The notes below the pieces were generated by a model that saw nothing but the letters and a program-made list of their open reading frames with translations, made no database searches and was not told the origin of the DNA. A stretch of DNA of 36,049 bases from Candidatus Parcubacteria bacterium (lineage in GTDB: Bacteria > Patescibacteriota > Minisyncoccia > Phycocordibacterales > UBA918). Where the stretch lies: assembly GCA_046050355.1 (NCBI GenBank), contig JBJOPW010000011.1, positions 1 through 36,049 on the forward strand, read 5' to 3'. This document shows positions 7,683 through 17,384 of the stretch, in pieces. Position numbers and translations under genes: made by a program. Position 1 is the first letter of the stretch. Every line of letters starts with the position of its first letter.

Positions 7683-9944
7683 ATGGAAGAAAATCAGAAT
7701 GAAAACAAAAAATTTACACTAAAGCAGCAGTTTTTACTGTTTGTTTTCCGATCACAGCAGTTAGTTCGTGCTTGGCTGTTACGAAAGAAGAACTTGGCGA
7801 CTGAAATAGTAGACACAATTTACTTCCAAGCTCTTATTTTTACGATATTTCTGTGCGGTACACACTATGTATTAGAGCTATACAAGCTACATTTCACCCG
7901 AGATCAGCTAGTGAGTATCGGATTAGCTGTGGCAGGTGTGATTGGTGCATCAATTGCCATTGTATTTTCGTTTTCTACCTTCATTCTCCAAAGTACTGCC
8001 GACCTGTTCTCAACGCAGTACCTTAATAAATTTATTCAGGATAAGAATGAAAAACTCATTTTTTGGAGCTTAGTCGCACTAACGTTTGCAGCAGCACTTG
8101 TTCCAATCTTTGCTTTTAGTGAAACTTTTGAGATTTTGCTTGGAATTTTATTTCTTGCATTTCTGCTTATATACTCACTCTATAAACAACTCCGCCAGCG
8201 TATCAATCCTGAAACTACCCTTAACAAAATAAAGAACGATGCTTTTTACCATTTGCGGTATGCACGACGTGAGCTAGAAAAACAAGCAAAAATCCAGAAT
8301 AAGATTTACGAACAAGAGGAGCGAGAAGAAAAGTTTACACTAGCGATTCAGTACAAGGCGTACCCATTATGGAGCGCGTTGACACTAGAAAACGTTAAGT
8401 ATCTCTATGAAATTGGACTGCGCCTTCTCTCAAAGAATGAAATCAACTCGTTTAACTTAACCCTCAGATACATTCATGATGTATACCTAGAGCACCTACG
8501 CTTGCGAAATGAGCATGTTATGTGTGTACCGGCCGGCTTGTGGGGAACATACACATTTGAGGATGAGAATTTCACTTCTTCGATATTGGAGTATCTTGAG
8601 TCAATCAGCCACCGCCTGATACAGGAAAAACGAAAAGAGAACATTTACAATCTCCTCAATGTTTATGAAAGTATCCTTAGTACTTCCTTGAAGTTTAAGT
8701 ACGCAGACCAGAATATGTATAATCAAGGTGAGAACCCAATCCTAAGTCTAGTACTAGGCTACTATATTGGCTTCATCGACAAACTAACCGAATCAAACGA
8801 ACGAGATTGGATTTGGGAGTCGTTAAAGTCCCTTACCAAGGTATCTAATGGTGTGTTAGGTAAAGGGTACAACCACTTCAATCACAATCAAATCAACGAT
8901 GCTATTGATCGAATCGTAGTGCATTGTTTTAAAAATAAACAACCCGAAAGCTTAACCAAGCAAGCTGTTTCGGTATATTTCAGTCAAGCGAAGGTTGGTT
9001 GGAATCAGTATCCAGACGAAGAAATATTTTGGCAGGATTTGTTTAAAGGTCTCCAAAAGAGCACCCTCGCTTTGGTAATCTCAAGTGAGATGAACCTTAC
9101 GTCTAGTGAACTGTACCTAGGGTTTAATGAGTGGCTCACCCTCATTTGCAACACCGTAGTTGGACTAGAAGAGGGCGAGGAGAAGAAAAAAGCATTCGAT
9201 AACTTCATCTCATTACTAGAGCGCTGGAGTGACTACTTGCTCGACTTTGCTCGGTCTACTGGCTTGGAGAATAAACAGATGGGTCTCCAAATTATTCAGG
9301 CAGTGAACTGCAACTTACGAATCATAAACTTCCTCAGTGTTAAATTCGATAAAGATTTAAGCAGCTTGTACCGAACGCAAATGCATACCCTAAGTTGGTA
9401 TTTTCATAATGTTGAGTCAGTTGATAGTAGCCATTTGTTTAATTTAGAGATTGTACAAGAAACACTAATAAGTGAAGTGTCCAGTAATCTAGATGAGCAA
9501 GTCTTTGACCCAAAGTTTGCTACTGAGTTATACATTCAGCTAGTGAAAAATTATTTCGATAAGGTGTCATTGGGACACGGATATAACCATCCTCGAGTAA
9601 TTAAAAAATTGGTATATCTTGGGTTGTTATTCCAAAAGTACTGTAAAGACACAGTAGAGCTAGTTGAACTTATTGATAACTTAAACAAGCGATACATAAT
9701 CTTGAATCAAGATTATTGGAAAATGAAGAAAGAACATCCAACACTATCTGGTCCCACCATGCATCAGCTCTGCTTAGAACTCCATGAACTAGAAAATGAT
9801 CTCTTTTCGTATAACAGAAACGTGAATCACGGAGCCAAGATGATTTTGAAACATGAAATAACTCAGGAAATCTGGGATGAGTTTGTGGCTAAAATTGAAT
9901 GGTGCAAAGATATTAAGTATGAAACAAGAAGTTCTTTCTTTTAA
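7683..9944 (+). CDS. Large hypothetical membrane protein (N-terminal TM helices, long helical C-terminal region)
   Basis: 753 aa with about four hydrophobic segments in residues 45-170; AT-rich cargo gene. Confidence 0.75.
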   Translation: MEENQNENKKFTLKQQFLLFVFRSQQLVRAWLLRKKNLATEIVDTIYFQALIFTIFLCGTHYVLELYKLHFTRDQLVSIGLAVAGVIGASIAIVFSFSTFILQSTADLFSTQYLNKFIQDKNEKLIFWSLVALTFAAALVPIFAFSETFEILLGILFLAFLLIYSLYKQLRQRINPETTLNKIKNDAFYHLRYARRELEKQAKIQNKIYEQEEREEKFTLAIQYKAYPLWSALTLENVKYLYEIGLRLLSKNEINSFNLTLRYIHDVYLEHLRLRNEHVMCVPAGLWGTYTFEDENFTSSILEYLESISHRLIQEKRKENIYNLLNVYESILSTSLKFKYADQNMYNQGENPILSLVLGYYIGFIDKLTESNERDWIWESLKSLTKVSNGVLGKGYNHFNHNQINDAIDRIVVHCFKNKQPESLTKQAVSVYFSQAKVGWNQYPDEEIFWQDLFKGLQKSTLALVISSEMNLTSSELYLGFNEWLTLICNTVVGLEEGEEKKKAFDNFISLLERWSDYLLDFARSTGLENKQMGLQIIQAVNCNLRIINFLSVKFDKDLSSLYRTQMHTLSWYFHNVESVDSSHLFNLEIVQETLISEVSSNLDEQVFDPKFATELYIQLVKNYFDKVSLGHGYNHPRVIKKLVYLGLLFQKYCKDTVELVELIDNLNKRYIILNQDYWKMKKEHPTLSGPTMHQLCLELHELENDLFSYNRNVNHGAKMILKHEITQEIWDEFVAKIEWCKDIKYETRSSFF

Positions 9945-10219
9945 ACTCCTAAGAGTTACAGTACTGTGTAACTTTGCGACACATCTTGAGATATGTGTCA
10001 CTTTTGTAACTTTTTGCGCACGAGACCCTTATTTGTAGCCATTTGGAAAATTAGCCAATCGGTCAAGCCAGGCTTGACGGTAATACGGTTCCTGCCCGAG
10101 ACGGCCCGCAGGAGTTTGAGACGATAGTTTCAAAGAGGGATTCCAAAACCCTGAATATATCGCACGCGGAACCCAAGTACCCAGAAAACGTAAACCAAGC
10201 TATAATTATTCGTATACAT

Positions 10220-10678
10220 ATGTTCGATAAACTAGCCCTAAAAAATTTCATTTTCGAAGCTAGCCGCGCCACATATGCATCTGGTGATGAATCGATAAAG
10301 AAGAAACAGCCCGATGGTTCTACGACAATTGAATTTCAGAGTGGTATGTATACATTTCATGATAACTATTTCGGTGGCGAACCATATGGTGGTCGTGAGG
10401 TTGTTTTCATTGACGGAAAGCCGATTTGGATGATGGTCTATTATGGCTTAGTTTATGCTGGAGTAAACAAAGACGTTTATAGTTTTCTTATAGAATCGCT
10501 TTCAAACACAACAATTGATATGCCGTATCGTGGCCCTGCCTTACATGAAAAGGGTGAATGGCGGTACGAGAATAAACTCGTTGGTGATGTAGAACATTTT
10601 TCAGGTACTGAAAAAATATTTAAAGACGGTACATGTATCTACGAAGCAAGGTATATCGGCGGCCAAGTAGACCAGTAA
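10220..10678 (+). CDS. DUF5680-like protein
   Basis: Y.D.YFGG..Y.G.EVV....P.W.M.YYG and PYRGP...F.G.E.I motifs. Confidence 0.7.
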   Translation: MFDKLALKNFIFEASRATYASGDESIKKKQPDGSTTIEFQSGMYTFHDNYFGGEPYGGREVVFIDGKPIWMMVYYGLVYAGVNKDVYSFLIESLSNTTIDMPYRGPALHEKGEWRYENKLVGDVEHFSGTEKIFKDGTCIYEARYIGGQVDQ

Positions 10679-10745
10679 AAAATCGGCTGTAAAAAGACCG
10701 GTGCACTTATGGGCATTTTGTTTTGTTCTGGTTTACAATACACTT

Positions 10746-11042
10746 ATGAAACACCACTACACCTTCTCCTCCAAAGTCTGGCTCTATCCGGGTATGACCG
10801 GCTGGCACTTTACCTCGGTCCCAAAAGCCGAATCAACCACTATCAAAGGTAGTGTCAAAGTTAAAGCCGGTTTTGGCTCAATTCCAGTTGAAGTGCAAGT
10901 TGGGAAGCAGATATGGACGACCTCCATCTTTCCCGATAAGAAGTCCGGGCAGTATCTATTGCCACTCAAAGCCACTGTCCGCAAGAAAGAGGGGATTTAC
11001 GCCGATGATACTATCAAAGTACGTATCAAGTTATTGGTGTAA
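10746..11042 (+). CDS. DUF1905-like protein
   Basis: Likely start is ATG 10746; GW.F..VP, GS.PV.V..G...W.TSIFP, YLLPLK..VRK motifs. Confidence 0.75.
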   Translation: MKHHYTFSSKVWLYPGMTGWHFTSVPKAESTTIKGSVKVKAGFGSIPVEVQVGKQIWTTSIFPDKKSGQYLLPLKATVRKKEGIYADDTIKVRIKLLV

Positions 11043-11104
11043 GAGTAATCCCCAGATACCACAGGTGGTGTGGCGCCACTTTTTTCCTGTATACTACGTT
11101 TGTT

Positions 11105-12331
11105 ATGCATACAAGTTACAAATTTTCTTTCCACCTCGCACTCTTTACCGTGCTCGTAGCTGGATTCTTTTCATTATTAGCAACCACCGCCTCTGCCGCC
11201 ACCACCTGTACCTTTAGTCGTGACCTCCAACTTGGTGTCATGGGTGATGACGTCAAATGTCTCCAGCAGTACCTGAACGCCAACGGATACGTTATTAGTA
11301 CCACTGGTGCCGGAGCACCAGGTAAAGAAACCGGGGAATACAAGTCTTTGACCCAAGCAGCAGTTATCAAGTGGCAGACAGCCAATAAGCTTAGTCCAGC
11401 TACCGGCTACTTTGGTCCAAAGTCTCGTCAAGCCTACAATACCCTCATGAATGGTGGCTCTGTTGCTCCAACCCCAACTACACCGTCAAATACCGGCAAC
11501 CCAACCCAAGACGCACTCATGAAGCAGATTCTTGAGCTCCAGCAAAAGCTAAAAGATCAGCCAAAAACAACTACCGTCACTAAGCCAGTAGCTAGTAGTG
11601 TCGCTGGCGAACTTAAGAGTGTGACCACCGCCCTCCGTGATGCCGAGGAAGAAGTGGCAGACAATGACGATGCAGAAGATTATGACGACGCAGTAGATAG
11701 CCTCGTTGACGCACGTGATTACTACTACCGTGCCGTACTGGCATACATCAGTGGCGATGCTGATGAAGCGTCTGAGTATCTTGATGATGTTGATGGCTAC
11801 ATCGAAGACGCGCTTGATTCAGTTGGATCAGCCTCTGAATCAAAGGAAGCTGAAGATGCCCTTGATGATGTAAAGGATAAACTTGACGAGGCGGAAGACG
11901 AGGTTGATCAGGCTGATGAAGATGGCGAAGCAACGAGTGAATCAGAGGATCTCCTTGATGAAGCGAATGATGTCATTGATGATGCCGAAACCGCACTTGA
12001 TGACGAAGATTATGATGAGGCAATGGATCTCATTGACGAAGCCGAAGACCTAATCGACGAAGCCCTTGATGCTATTGGCGAAGATAGTAGTGGCAATGAT
12101 GTCGAAGATATGCTCGATGATGCTCGTGATGAACTTGATAATGTCCGTGATGATGTCGACACCGCGATTGATGATGGGGACGATGTCGGGGACGCTGAGG
12201 ACTACCTCGACGAAGCCGAAGACCTCCTTGATGATGCTGAAGAGGCGATTGATGACGGCGATGATGATGAGGCCGAGGATCTGATTGACGAGGCTCTCGA
12301 TCTGATCGCTGACGCCGAAGACGAGCTATAG
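11105..12331 (+). CDS. Secreted peptidoglycan-binding-domain protein with a long acidic repeat region
   Basis: Signal peptide ending ASA; L..G..G.DVK.LQ.YLN...T..AV..WQ...TGYFGPKSR PG-binding motif; D/E-rich helical repeats. Confidence 0.8.
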   Translation: MHTSYKFSFHLALFTVLVAGFFSLLATTASAATTCTFSRDLQLGVMGDDVKCLQQYLNANGYVISTTGAGAPGKETGEYKSLTQAAVIKWQTANKLSPATGYFGPKSRQAYNTLMNGGSVAPTPTTPSNTGNPTQDALMKQILELQQKLKDQPKTTTVTKPVASSVAGELKSVTTALRDAEEEVADNDDAEDYDDAVDSLVDARDYYYRAVLAYISGDADEASEYLDDVDGYIEDALDSVGSASESKEAEDALDDVKDKLDEAEDEVDQADEDGEATSESEDLLDEANDVIDDAETALDDEDYDEAMDLIDEAEDLIDEALDAIGEDSSGNDVEDMLDDARDELDNVRDDVDTAIDDGDDVGDAEDYLDEAEDLLDDAEEAIDDGDDDEAEDLIDEALDLIADAEDEL

Positions 12332-12346
12332 AAGTCAACAAAGATA

Positions 12347-12378
12347 CGCAAAAAGCGCCCAAAGGCGCGTTTTGTGTT
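12347..12378 (+). terminator. Intrinsic terminator candidate
   Basis: GCGCC-caaa-GGCGC stem flanked by A and T runs after the stop codon at 12331. Confidence 0.55.
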
Positions 12379-12475
12379 GTGTTGCTATGTCACTTCAACT
12401 CCCCAGTGTAAATTCAATTATTATGATTGTATAATTGTGACAGTAGTTTTGTCAGTAAATAAGCAGGGTTATTTT

Positions 12476-12844
12476 ATGATTGATCACACCACTATTCATG
12501 TCAATGATATAGAGATAAGTAAGAATTTTTATATTACTGTACTTAAGCCGCTTGGCTATGAAATTATCATGGATTTTCCTGACGCGAAAGCTGCTGGATT
12601 AGGCGTTGCCGGTAAGATGGATACGTGGTTACATGGTCATGGTTGTATGCAGACAATTCACATTGCTTGGCACGCCGATAATCGTGAACAAGTCGATGCA
12701 TTTTTTACTGCTGCTATAGCCGCTGGTGCGAAGGATAATGGAAAACCTGGTATTCGTACCATGTACCATCCTCACTACTATGCTGCATTTGTCATTGATC
12801 CAAACGGACACAATATAGAAGTCGTGTGTCACAAACCGTTTTAG
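12476..12844 (+). CDS. VOC/glyoxalase family protein
   Basis: Likely start is ATG 12476; MIDH...V.D...S..FY, HIA..A, YAAFVIDPNGHNIEVV. Confidence 0.9.
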   Translation: MIDHTTIHVNDIEISKNFYITVLKPLGYEIIMDFPDAKAAGLGVAGKMDTWLHGHGCMQTIHIAWHADNREQVDAFFTAAIAAGAKDNGKPGIRTMYHPHYYAAFVIDPNGHNIEVVCHKPF

Positions 12845-12850
12845 TTTTCT

Positions 12851-13399
12851 ATGGTAGAGAAATCTATAGAATTTAAAACCATTCACAAGCTAGAACAATG
12901 GCTTGCAAATCACTATACAGAAAAAGATTCTGTTTGGTTGGTGTATTACAAACCAACTACAAAAATTGGTGATATTACGTACACAACGCTTGTTGATACG
13001 TTGTTGTGTTATGGTTGGGTGGATAGCTTACCGCGAAAGGTTGATGACTTGCGTACAGCAATAAGAATTTCACCCCGCAATCCAAAAAGCAATTGGTCAC
13101 GGGTCAATAAAGAGAAAGTGGCGAAACTCATAAAAGAGAAACGCATGCAACCATCTGGGTTAGCAATTGTGAATCAGGCAAAGAAACTTGGTACCTGGGA
13201 TGCTCTTAACGATGTTGAGAATCTTGTTCTGCCCGAAGATTTAAAACTATTTTTACAAAAATCCAAGACTTTACCGCTCTGGGAAAAACAAAGTCGCACC
13301 AAAAAGCGCGGTTGGCTCGAGCAATTACATAATGCTAAGAAAGAGGAGACAAGAACAAATAAAATCAAGCAAATTTTTGAATCATTGAAATTGCATTAA
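12851..13399 (+). CDS. YdeI/OmpD-associated family protein
   Basis: WL..., LCYGWVDS, SPR.PKSNWS..NK, M.P.G...V..AK..G.W, K.ETR motifs. Confidence 0.85.
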   Translation: MVEKSIEFKTIHKLEQWLANHYTEKDSVWLVYYKPTTKIGDITYTTLVDTLLCYGWVDSLPRKVDDLRTAIRISPRNPKSNWSRVNKEKVAKLIKEKRMQPSGLAIVNQAKKLGTWDALNDVENLVLPEDLKLFLQKSKTLPLWEKQSRTKKRGWLEQLHNAKKEETRTNKIKQIFESLKLH

Positions 13400-13405
13400 T
13401 CGTTT

Positions 13406-13931
13406 GGAATCTCATATCCTCTCGCAAAACAAATGTGAGGTTCGGTCACGCTTATGGATATTTTGTATCGTTATACTCACAAAATATCTCATGCGCCCGA
13501 CCCGGACTGTTTCGGCCCTAAAGGGAACCCCAAACAATCTTTCGAATCTCACATCCTCGCGCAACGGCAAAGGCCGCAAACATATCCATGTTTGCGGCCT
13601 GCCGATTGCGGAGGATGTGAGATTCGGTTACCAGTCACTAAGTATATTTGTCGTCTCGACTCCAAATCTACTAAGTGCTGTCGACCCCACCTCACTCGCC
13701 TAACGGCTCGTTGCGGTTTTCGAATCTCAACGTGAAGCAAAATTATTTGCTTCACTCATCCTCCGCGGCCTTTTTGAGGCGCTTTATTGTACTCGCGGAG
13801 GATGTGAGATTCGAAACTTACAGTTTCAGTACCCCAATTGGATACTTTGGTTCGCTTTGCTCCCAAAGTCTCTCAATCGGGCTTCGAATCCCAGCGCAAG
13901 TGACATTTAGTCACTTGCTCATCCTCCGCGC
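13406..13931. repeat. Array of alternating inverted and direct copies of the tRNA-Ser 3' end with hairpin spacers
   Basis: Direct copies at 13608-13626 and 13794-13815; inverted copies at 13541-13561, 13719-13767 and 13883-13931; degenerate copies at 13406-13445. Confidence 0.85.
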
Positions 13932-13968
13932 AAGAAAATAACCACCCCTGGGTGGTATTTTCAACGCG

Positions 13969-14055
13969 CGGAGGATGTGAGATTCGAACTCACGAGACGT
14001 TTTACCGTCCGGCGGTTTAGTAAACCGCTGCCTTCAGCCACTCGGCCAATCCTCC
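13969..14055 (-). tRNA. tRNA-Ser, anticodon ACT
   Basis: GGAGGAT/ATCCTCC acceptor, G73, anticodon arm GCGGT-TTACTAA-ACCGC, long variable arm, GTTCGAATC T-loop; no encoded CCA. Confidence 0.9.
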
Positions 14056-14251
14056 ATATATTTCGCTGCGCTCAAATGGAGGCGCGCTACGCGGTCCATT
14101 GTCCGAGTGGCTCGGCACTATCGTGCCGGTACCATTCTGCAGCAGTGCAGAATGGTACCCAACTCGGCCAATCCTCCAATATACTCGCTTTTTTACAACA
14201 GTTGTTGTGCACGCCAGTATAGACGAAAATGACAAAAAATCAAAATTGATA

Positions 14252-14875
14252 CTAATGCGCAAAGGCGAGGAGCTGGATTGTTACATGCTTGGGAATATGC
14301 GGCTGGAGTGTGGCTCTGGCAGCCTCAAGTGTACTGCCGGTGGTAGTGACATCATCGACGAGTACCACCCGCTGTATCTTCGTCCAATCAATCTTTTGTG
14401 GTCGGTAGGCAAAAGCGTCTTTGAGGTGGTCAAGGCGGTCGGCTCGAGCGAGGTGGCTTTGGGGTGAGGTATTCTTGGTTCGTTCGAGTAGCTGATAGAT
14501 GGGGAAGTCTGTTCCTGCGAGTCCCGCCTGCAGTAATACAGCAACCTGGTTGAAGCCACGTTTCTGCTGCCGTTCGCTATGGAGGGGGATGGGGACAAAA
14601 ACAGTATCGTTTGGCTGCCAGACAGTCGTAGTGGTTAGATGGTGGGTGAGGAGGCTGCCAAGTCGCTTGAGTGCCGCTTCATTGTGTTCAAATTTGCCGG
14701 CAGTGATACTAGCTTTGATAAACGGTTCGCTGTAGTGAGAGAGCGCAGTGACTTCTGCGGCATTGGTCGGTTGGTAAAACGACAATGGTGACGCCTCAGA
14801 AAAAGCTCGGAGCACTAGCATTGACTCGCTTGGTGGAAATAAAAAATCAAGACACGTTTGCCAGATGTGAATCAT
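14252..14875 (-). CDS. comF: ComF family competence protein (PRTase domain)
   Basis: LDFLFP, VPIPLH..R...RGFNQ, LVDDVTTTGSTL; divergent from the pilus operon. Confidence 0.9.
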   Translation of the reverse strand: MIHIWQTCLDFLFPPSESMLVLRAFSEASPLSFYQPTNAAEVTALSHYSEPFIKASITAGKFEHNEAALKRLGSLLTHHLTTTTVWQPNDTVFVPIPLHSERQQKRGFNQVAVLLQAGLAGTDFPIYQLLERTKNTSPQSHLARADRLDHLKDAFAYRPQKIDWTKIQRVVLVDDVTTTGSTLEAARATLQPHIPKHVTIQLLAFAH

Positions 14876-14918
14876 GACTACAGTATACCGTTACCACTGT
14901 GGTAGTATTATAGATGAT

Positions 14919-15998
14919 ATGGGTCTCATGGATCTTTTTGTAAAGGCGTCTCCACGCCCCCGAGTTCGTGGCCGGGTGGTGGGTATTGATATTGGTTCAT
15001 CCTCAATAAAAGTGGTTGAATTAGAAGAACGCGATGGGGTAGTGACATTAACCACCTATGGAGAGTTGCAGCTCGGACCATACATCGAAGGTTCAACCAT
15101 CGGACAGGCAGTCACCTTGCCGGCCAATATTGAGCGACAAGCGTTGGTGGATATACTACGAGAATCCGCAGTAAAGGCGAAACAAGCCGTTCTCGCTATT
15201 CCGCTATCTTCGAGTTTCGTGACCACCATGAGTCTTGAGGCTGGTCCAGAGGATGATATTTCTGCTCGAGTACGGGTTGACGCGCGCAAATATATTCCGG
15301 TACCAATTGCTGATGTTACGCTGGATTGGGCAGAGTTGACGGTAAGTGGTGACGGCACCACCGCAACCAGGGATGTACTTTTGGCTGCTATTCAAAATGA
15401 TGCCCTCAAGCGCTTTCTGACGCTGATGCAGAGTGTTGAATTGCCAGGGCCCCCAACAGAAATCGAATGTTTCAGTACCATTCGGTCTATCTTTGAAACC
15501 GAAAAGCCCCACACCGCTATTATTGATATCGGGGCGAGTGTGAGCAAGTTATACATTACCGAAGATGGGCTGTTGGCACGTATGCATCGTGTCCCCACAG
15601 GTGGTATTAAAGTAACTGAGCGCATGGTAGAGGAGCGCCAGCTCTCCTTTGCTGACGCTGAAACACTAAAACGTTCCGTCACACAAACAGAACCAGATTA
15701 CGGCTGGGTACAGAAATTAACTCACGTCACGTACGGGCGTGCTATGAAAGAGTTTCGACAGGTGATAGATGAATATCAGCGACGCAGTGGATTTGATGTT
15801 TCAAATATCATTTTGACGGGCGGCGGTGCAACTGGTTTTGGCTTGGAAGCGATGGTTGCCCATGAGCTTGACCGTACGGTGTCGGTCGCAAATCCGTTTA
15901 GTAAGGTGGCCTACCCAGCCTTTATGGAAGATACTTTAACGGTGATTGGCCCAGTGTTTGCCTCAGCCCTGGGTGCTGCTCTACGGCAATTTGAATAG
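14919..15998 (+). CDS. pilM: Type IV pilus assembly protein PilM
   Basis: VGIDIGSSSIKVVEL, IIDIGA, ILTGGGA, ALGAALR actin-like ATPase motifs; likely start is ATG 14919. Confidence 0.9.
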   Translation: MGLMDLFVKASPRPRVRGRVVGIDIGSSSIKVVELEERDGVVTLTTYGELQLGPYIEGSTIGQAVTLPANIERQALVDILRESAVKAKQAVLAIPLSSSFVTTMSLEAGPEDDISARVRVDARKYIPVPIADVTLDWAELTVSGDGTTATRDVLLAAIQNDALKRFLTLMQSVELPGPPTEIECFSTIRSIFETEKPHTAIIDIGASVSKLYITEDGLLARMHRVPTGGIKVTERMVEERQLSFADAETLKRSVTQTEPDYGWVQKLTHVTYGRAMKEFRQVIDEYQRRSGFDVSNIILTGGGATGFGLEAMVAHELDRTVSVANPFSKVAYPAFMEDTLTVIGPVFASALGAALRQFE

Positions 15999-16050
15999 TA
16001 TTCCACAGTGTGCTTTAGCTACGCCTCTGTCAACAACATATAATGTGACT

Positions 16051-16800
16051 ATGCCTGATCTTCCATCATCAAGTTCTTTCATTCCTAAGCGAACAGCCGG
16101 AACAAAAATTCGTCAAAAACGGACACGAAATTTTTTCTTGCTCTCTATTCTCAGTTACGCGTGTCTAATTGCTGCCCCGACCGCTTCTGCAGCAGTGTAC
16201 GTGTATCAAATATATGCTGAACGACAATTTAATCAAATGGTTACAAGACTCGATGAAGCAATCGGTGGTTTTAGTGAAGCGGAAATGGCTCGGGTGCTTG
16301 AGTTTGATCAACGACTCAAGTTCTCGCAGCATCTTGTTGATTCACATATTTCGGTAGTAAAAGCTCTTACTGCCTTAGAAGAGGCAACGGCTCGTAATGC
16401 TGGTTTTCGCTCTCTTGCCATCAAGCGCCTTAATGAAGAGACATTATCTGTCGAAGGAGAACTCGTCACTACAGACTTTGATGTCGCGCTATTCCAGCGT
16501 GGCATATATAAGAACACAGAAGAAATACCCGTGCAAAGTGCAATCCTTAATGAAGTGGCTTTTGTGCCACCAACAGAAGATGGCGGTATTGATATAGTGA
16601 CCTTAAAAGGCGCCTTCACCTTTTCTTCAAGCGATATTGCTTTTACGGTGAATGGGGGAGATGATACAGCCGAAGCAACCCCGGCTGACGCCACTGATAG
16701 TACCGTTACTGAAAATGCTGATGACACTACTGACACTACGAGTGTTGATGTACCGTCAGATGCGGGTGAAGCCAGTGCCGTAATTGATGAGTCTCTATGA
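16051..16800 (+). CDS. PilN-like membrane protein
   Basis: Follows pilM; SSFIPK motif, single TM helix, coiled region; likely start is ATG 16051. Confidence 0.6.
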   Translation: MPDLPSSSSFIPKRTAGTKIRQKRTRNFFLLSILSYACLIAAPTASAAVYVYQIYAERQFNQMVTRLDEAIGGFSEAEMARVLEFDQRLKFSQHLVDSHISVVKALTALEEATARNAGFRSLAIKRLNEETLSVEGELVTTDFDVALFQRGIYKNTEEIPVQSAILNEVAFVPPTEDGGIDIVTLKGAFTFSSSDIAFTVNGGDDTAEATPADATDSTVTENADDTTDTTSVDVPSDAGEASAVIDESL

Positions 16801-17381
16801 TAACAAATTCTCCTTTTGTGCAGCTGTTTATGATAATCCTCGCGGTCGCGATACTCATTTTGTATATCAAGCCAGCGGTGACCGAGATTCGTGCTACACA
16901 GGATCAGATTGGCGTGTACGCCTATGAACTTGATCGTGTCACCAATGTGAACGAGCTCGTACGTTCCCATGCGGCTGCTATTGATGCGTTGCCACTATCG
17001 AGCATCCAGGCATTGGAGCGATATATGCCTGTCCGAGTTGATGAAATTGCGGTGATGCGTGACCTCCAGCATATGGTCGAAGCCATTGGGGTAAAGTTGG
17101 TTGCCCTTGAATATACGGGTCATGAGGGGGAAGAAAGTGGGGATGCGTTACCTGAAGTGACGGCTCCAACCAATCAACCAAATACAGAAAAGTTTCGACT
17201 GAGTGTTCTCACTACCTATGACAAGCTTAAAAGTCTCTTAGCGGCGATTGAAGCCAATAATTATCAATTGATGATTCAGTCAGCTGATATTACCCCCTCT
17301 GATGAAGAGAATTTACTAACAGTGGATATTATCTTAGTCGCTTATTCGCTTGAGTCAGCCAATGACGAGTCACAATTTTAA
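16797..17381 (+). CDS. PilO-like membrane protein
   Basis: N-terminal TM helix, coiled coil, 'Y..LK..L..IE...' motif; operon position. Confidence 0.65.
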   Translation: MITNSPFVQLFMIILAVAILILYIKPAVTEIRATQDQIGVYAYELDRVTNVNELVRSHAAAIDALPLSSIQALERYMPVRVDEIAVMRDLQHMVEAIGVKLVALEYTGHEGEESGDALPEVTAPTNQPNTEKFRLSVLTTYDKLKSLLAAIEANNYQLMIQSADITPSDEENLLTVDIILVAYSLESANDESQF

Positions 17382-17384
17382 TGT

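Noticed and set aside
13794-13815. tRNA-Ser 3' copy as the att site of the left-hand integrated element
   Set aside because: The copies are only 100-200 nt apart, similar copies occur at three other tRNAs, no matching copy is seen near the island, and the element encodes a serine recombinase.
13406-13990. CRISPR array
   Set aside because: The repeats alternate in orientation, are tRNA-derived, have irregular structured spacers, and no cas genes are present.
13404-14467. Several short ORFs over the tRNA-Ser region
   Set aside because: They overlap the tRNA and palindromic repeats and show no protein-like features.
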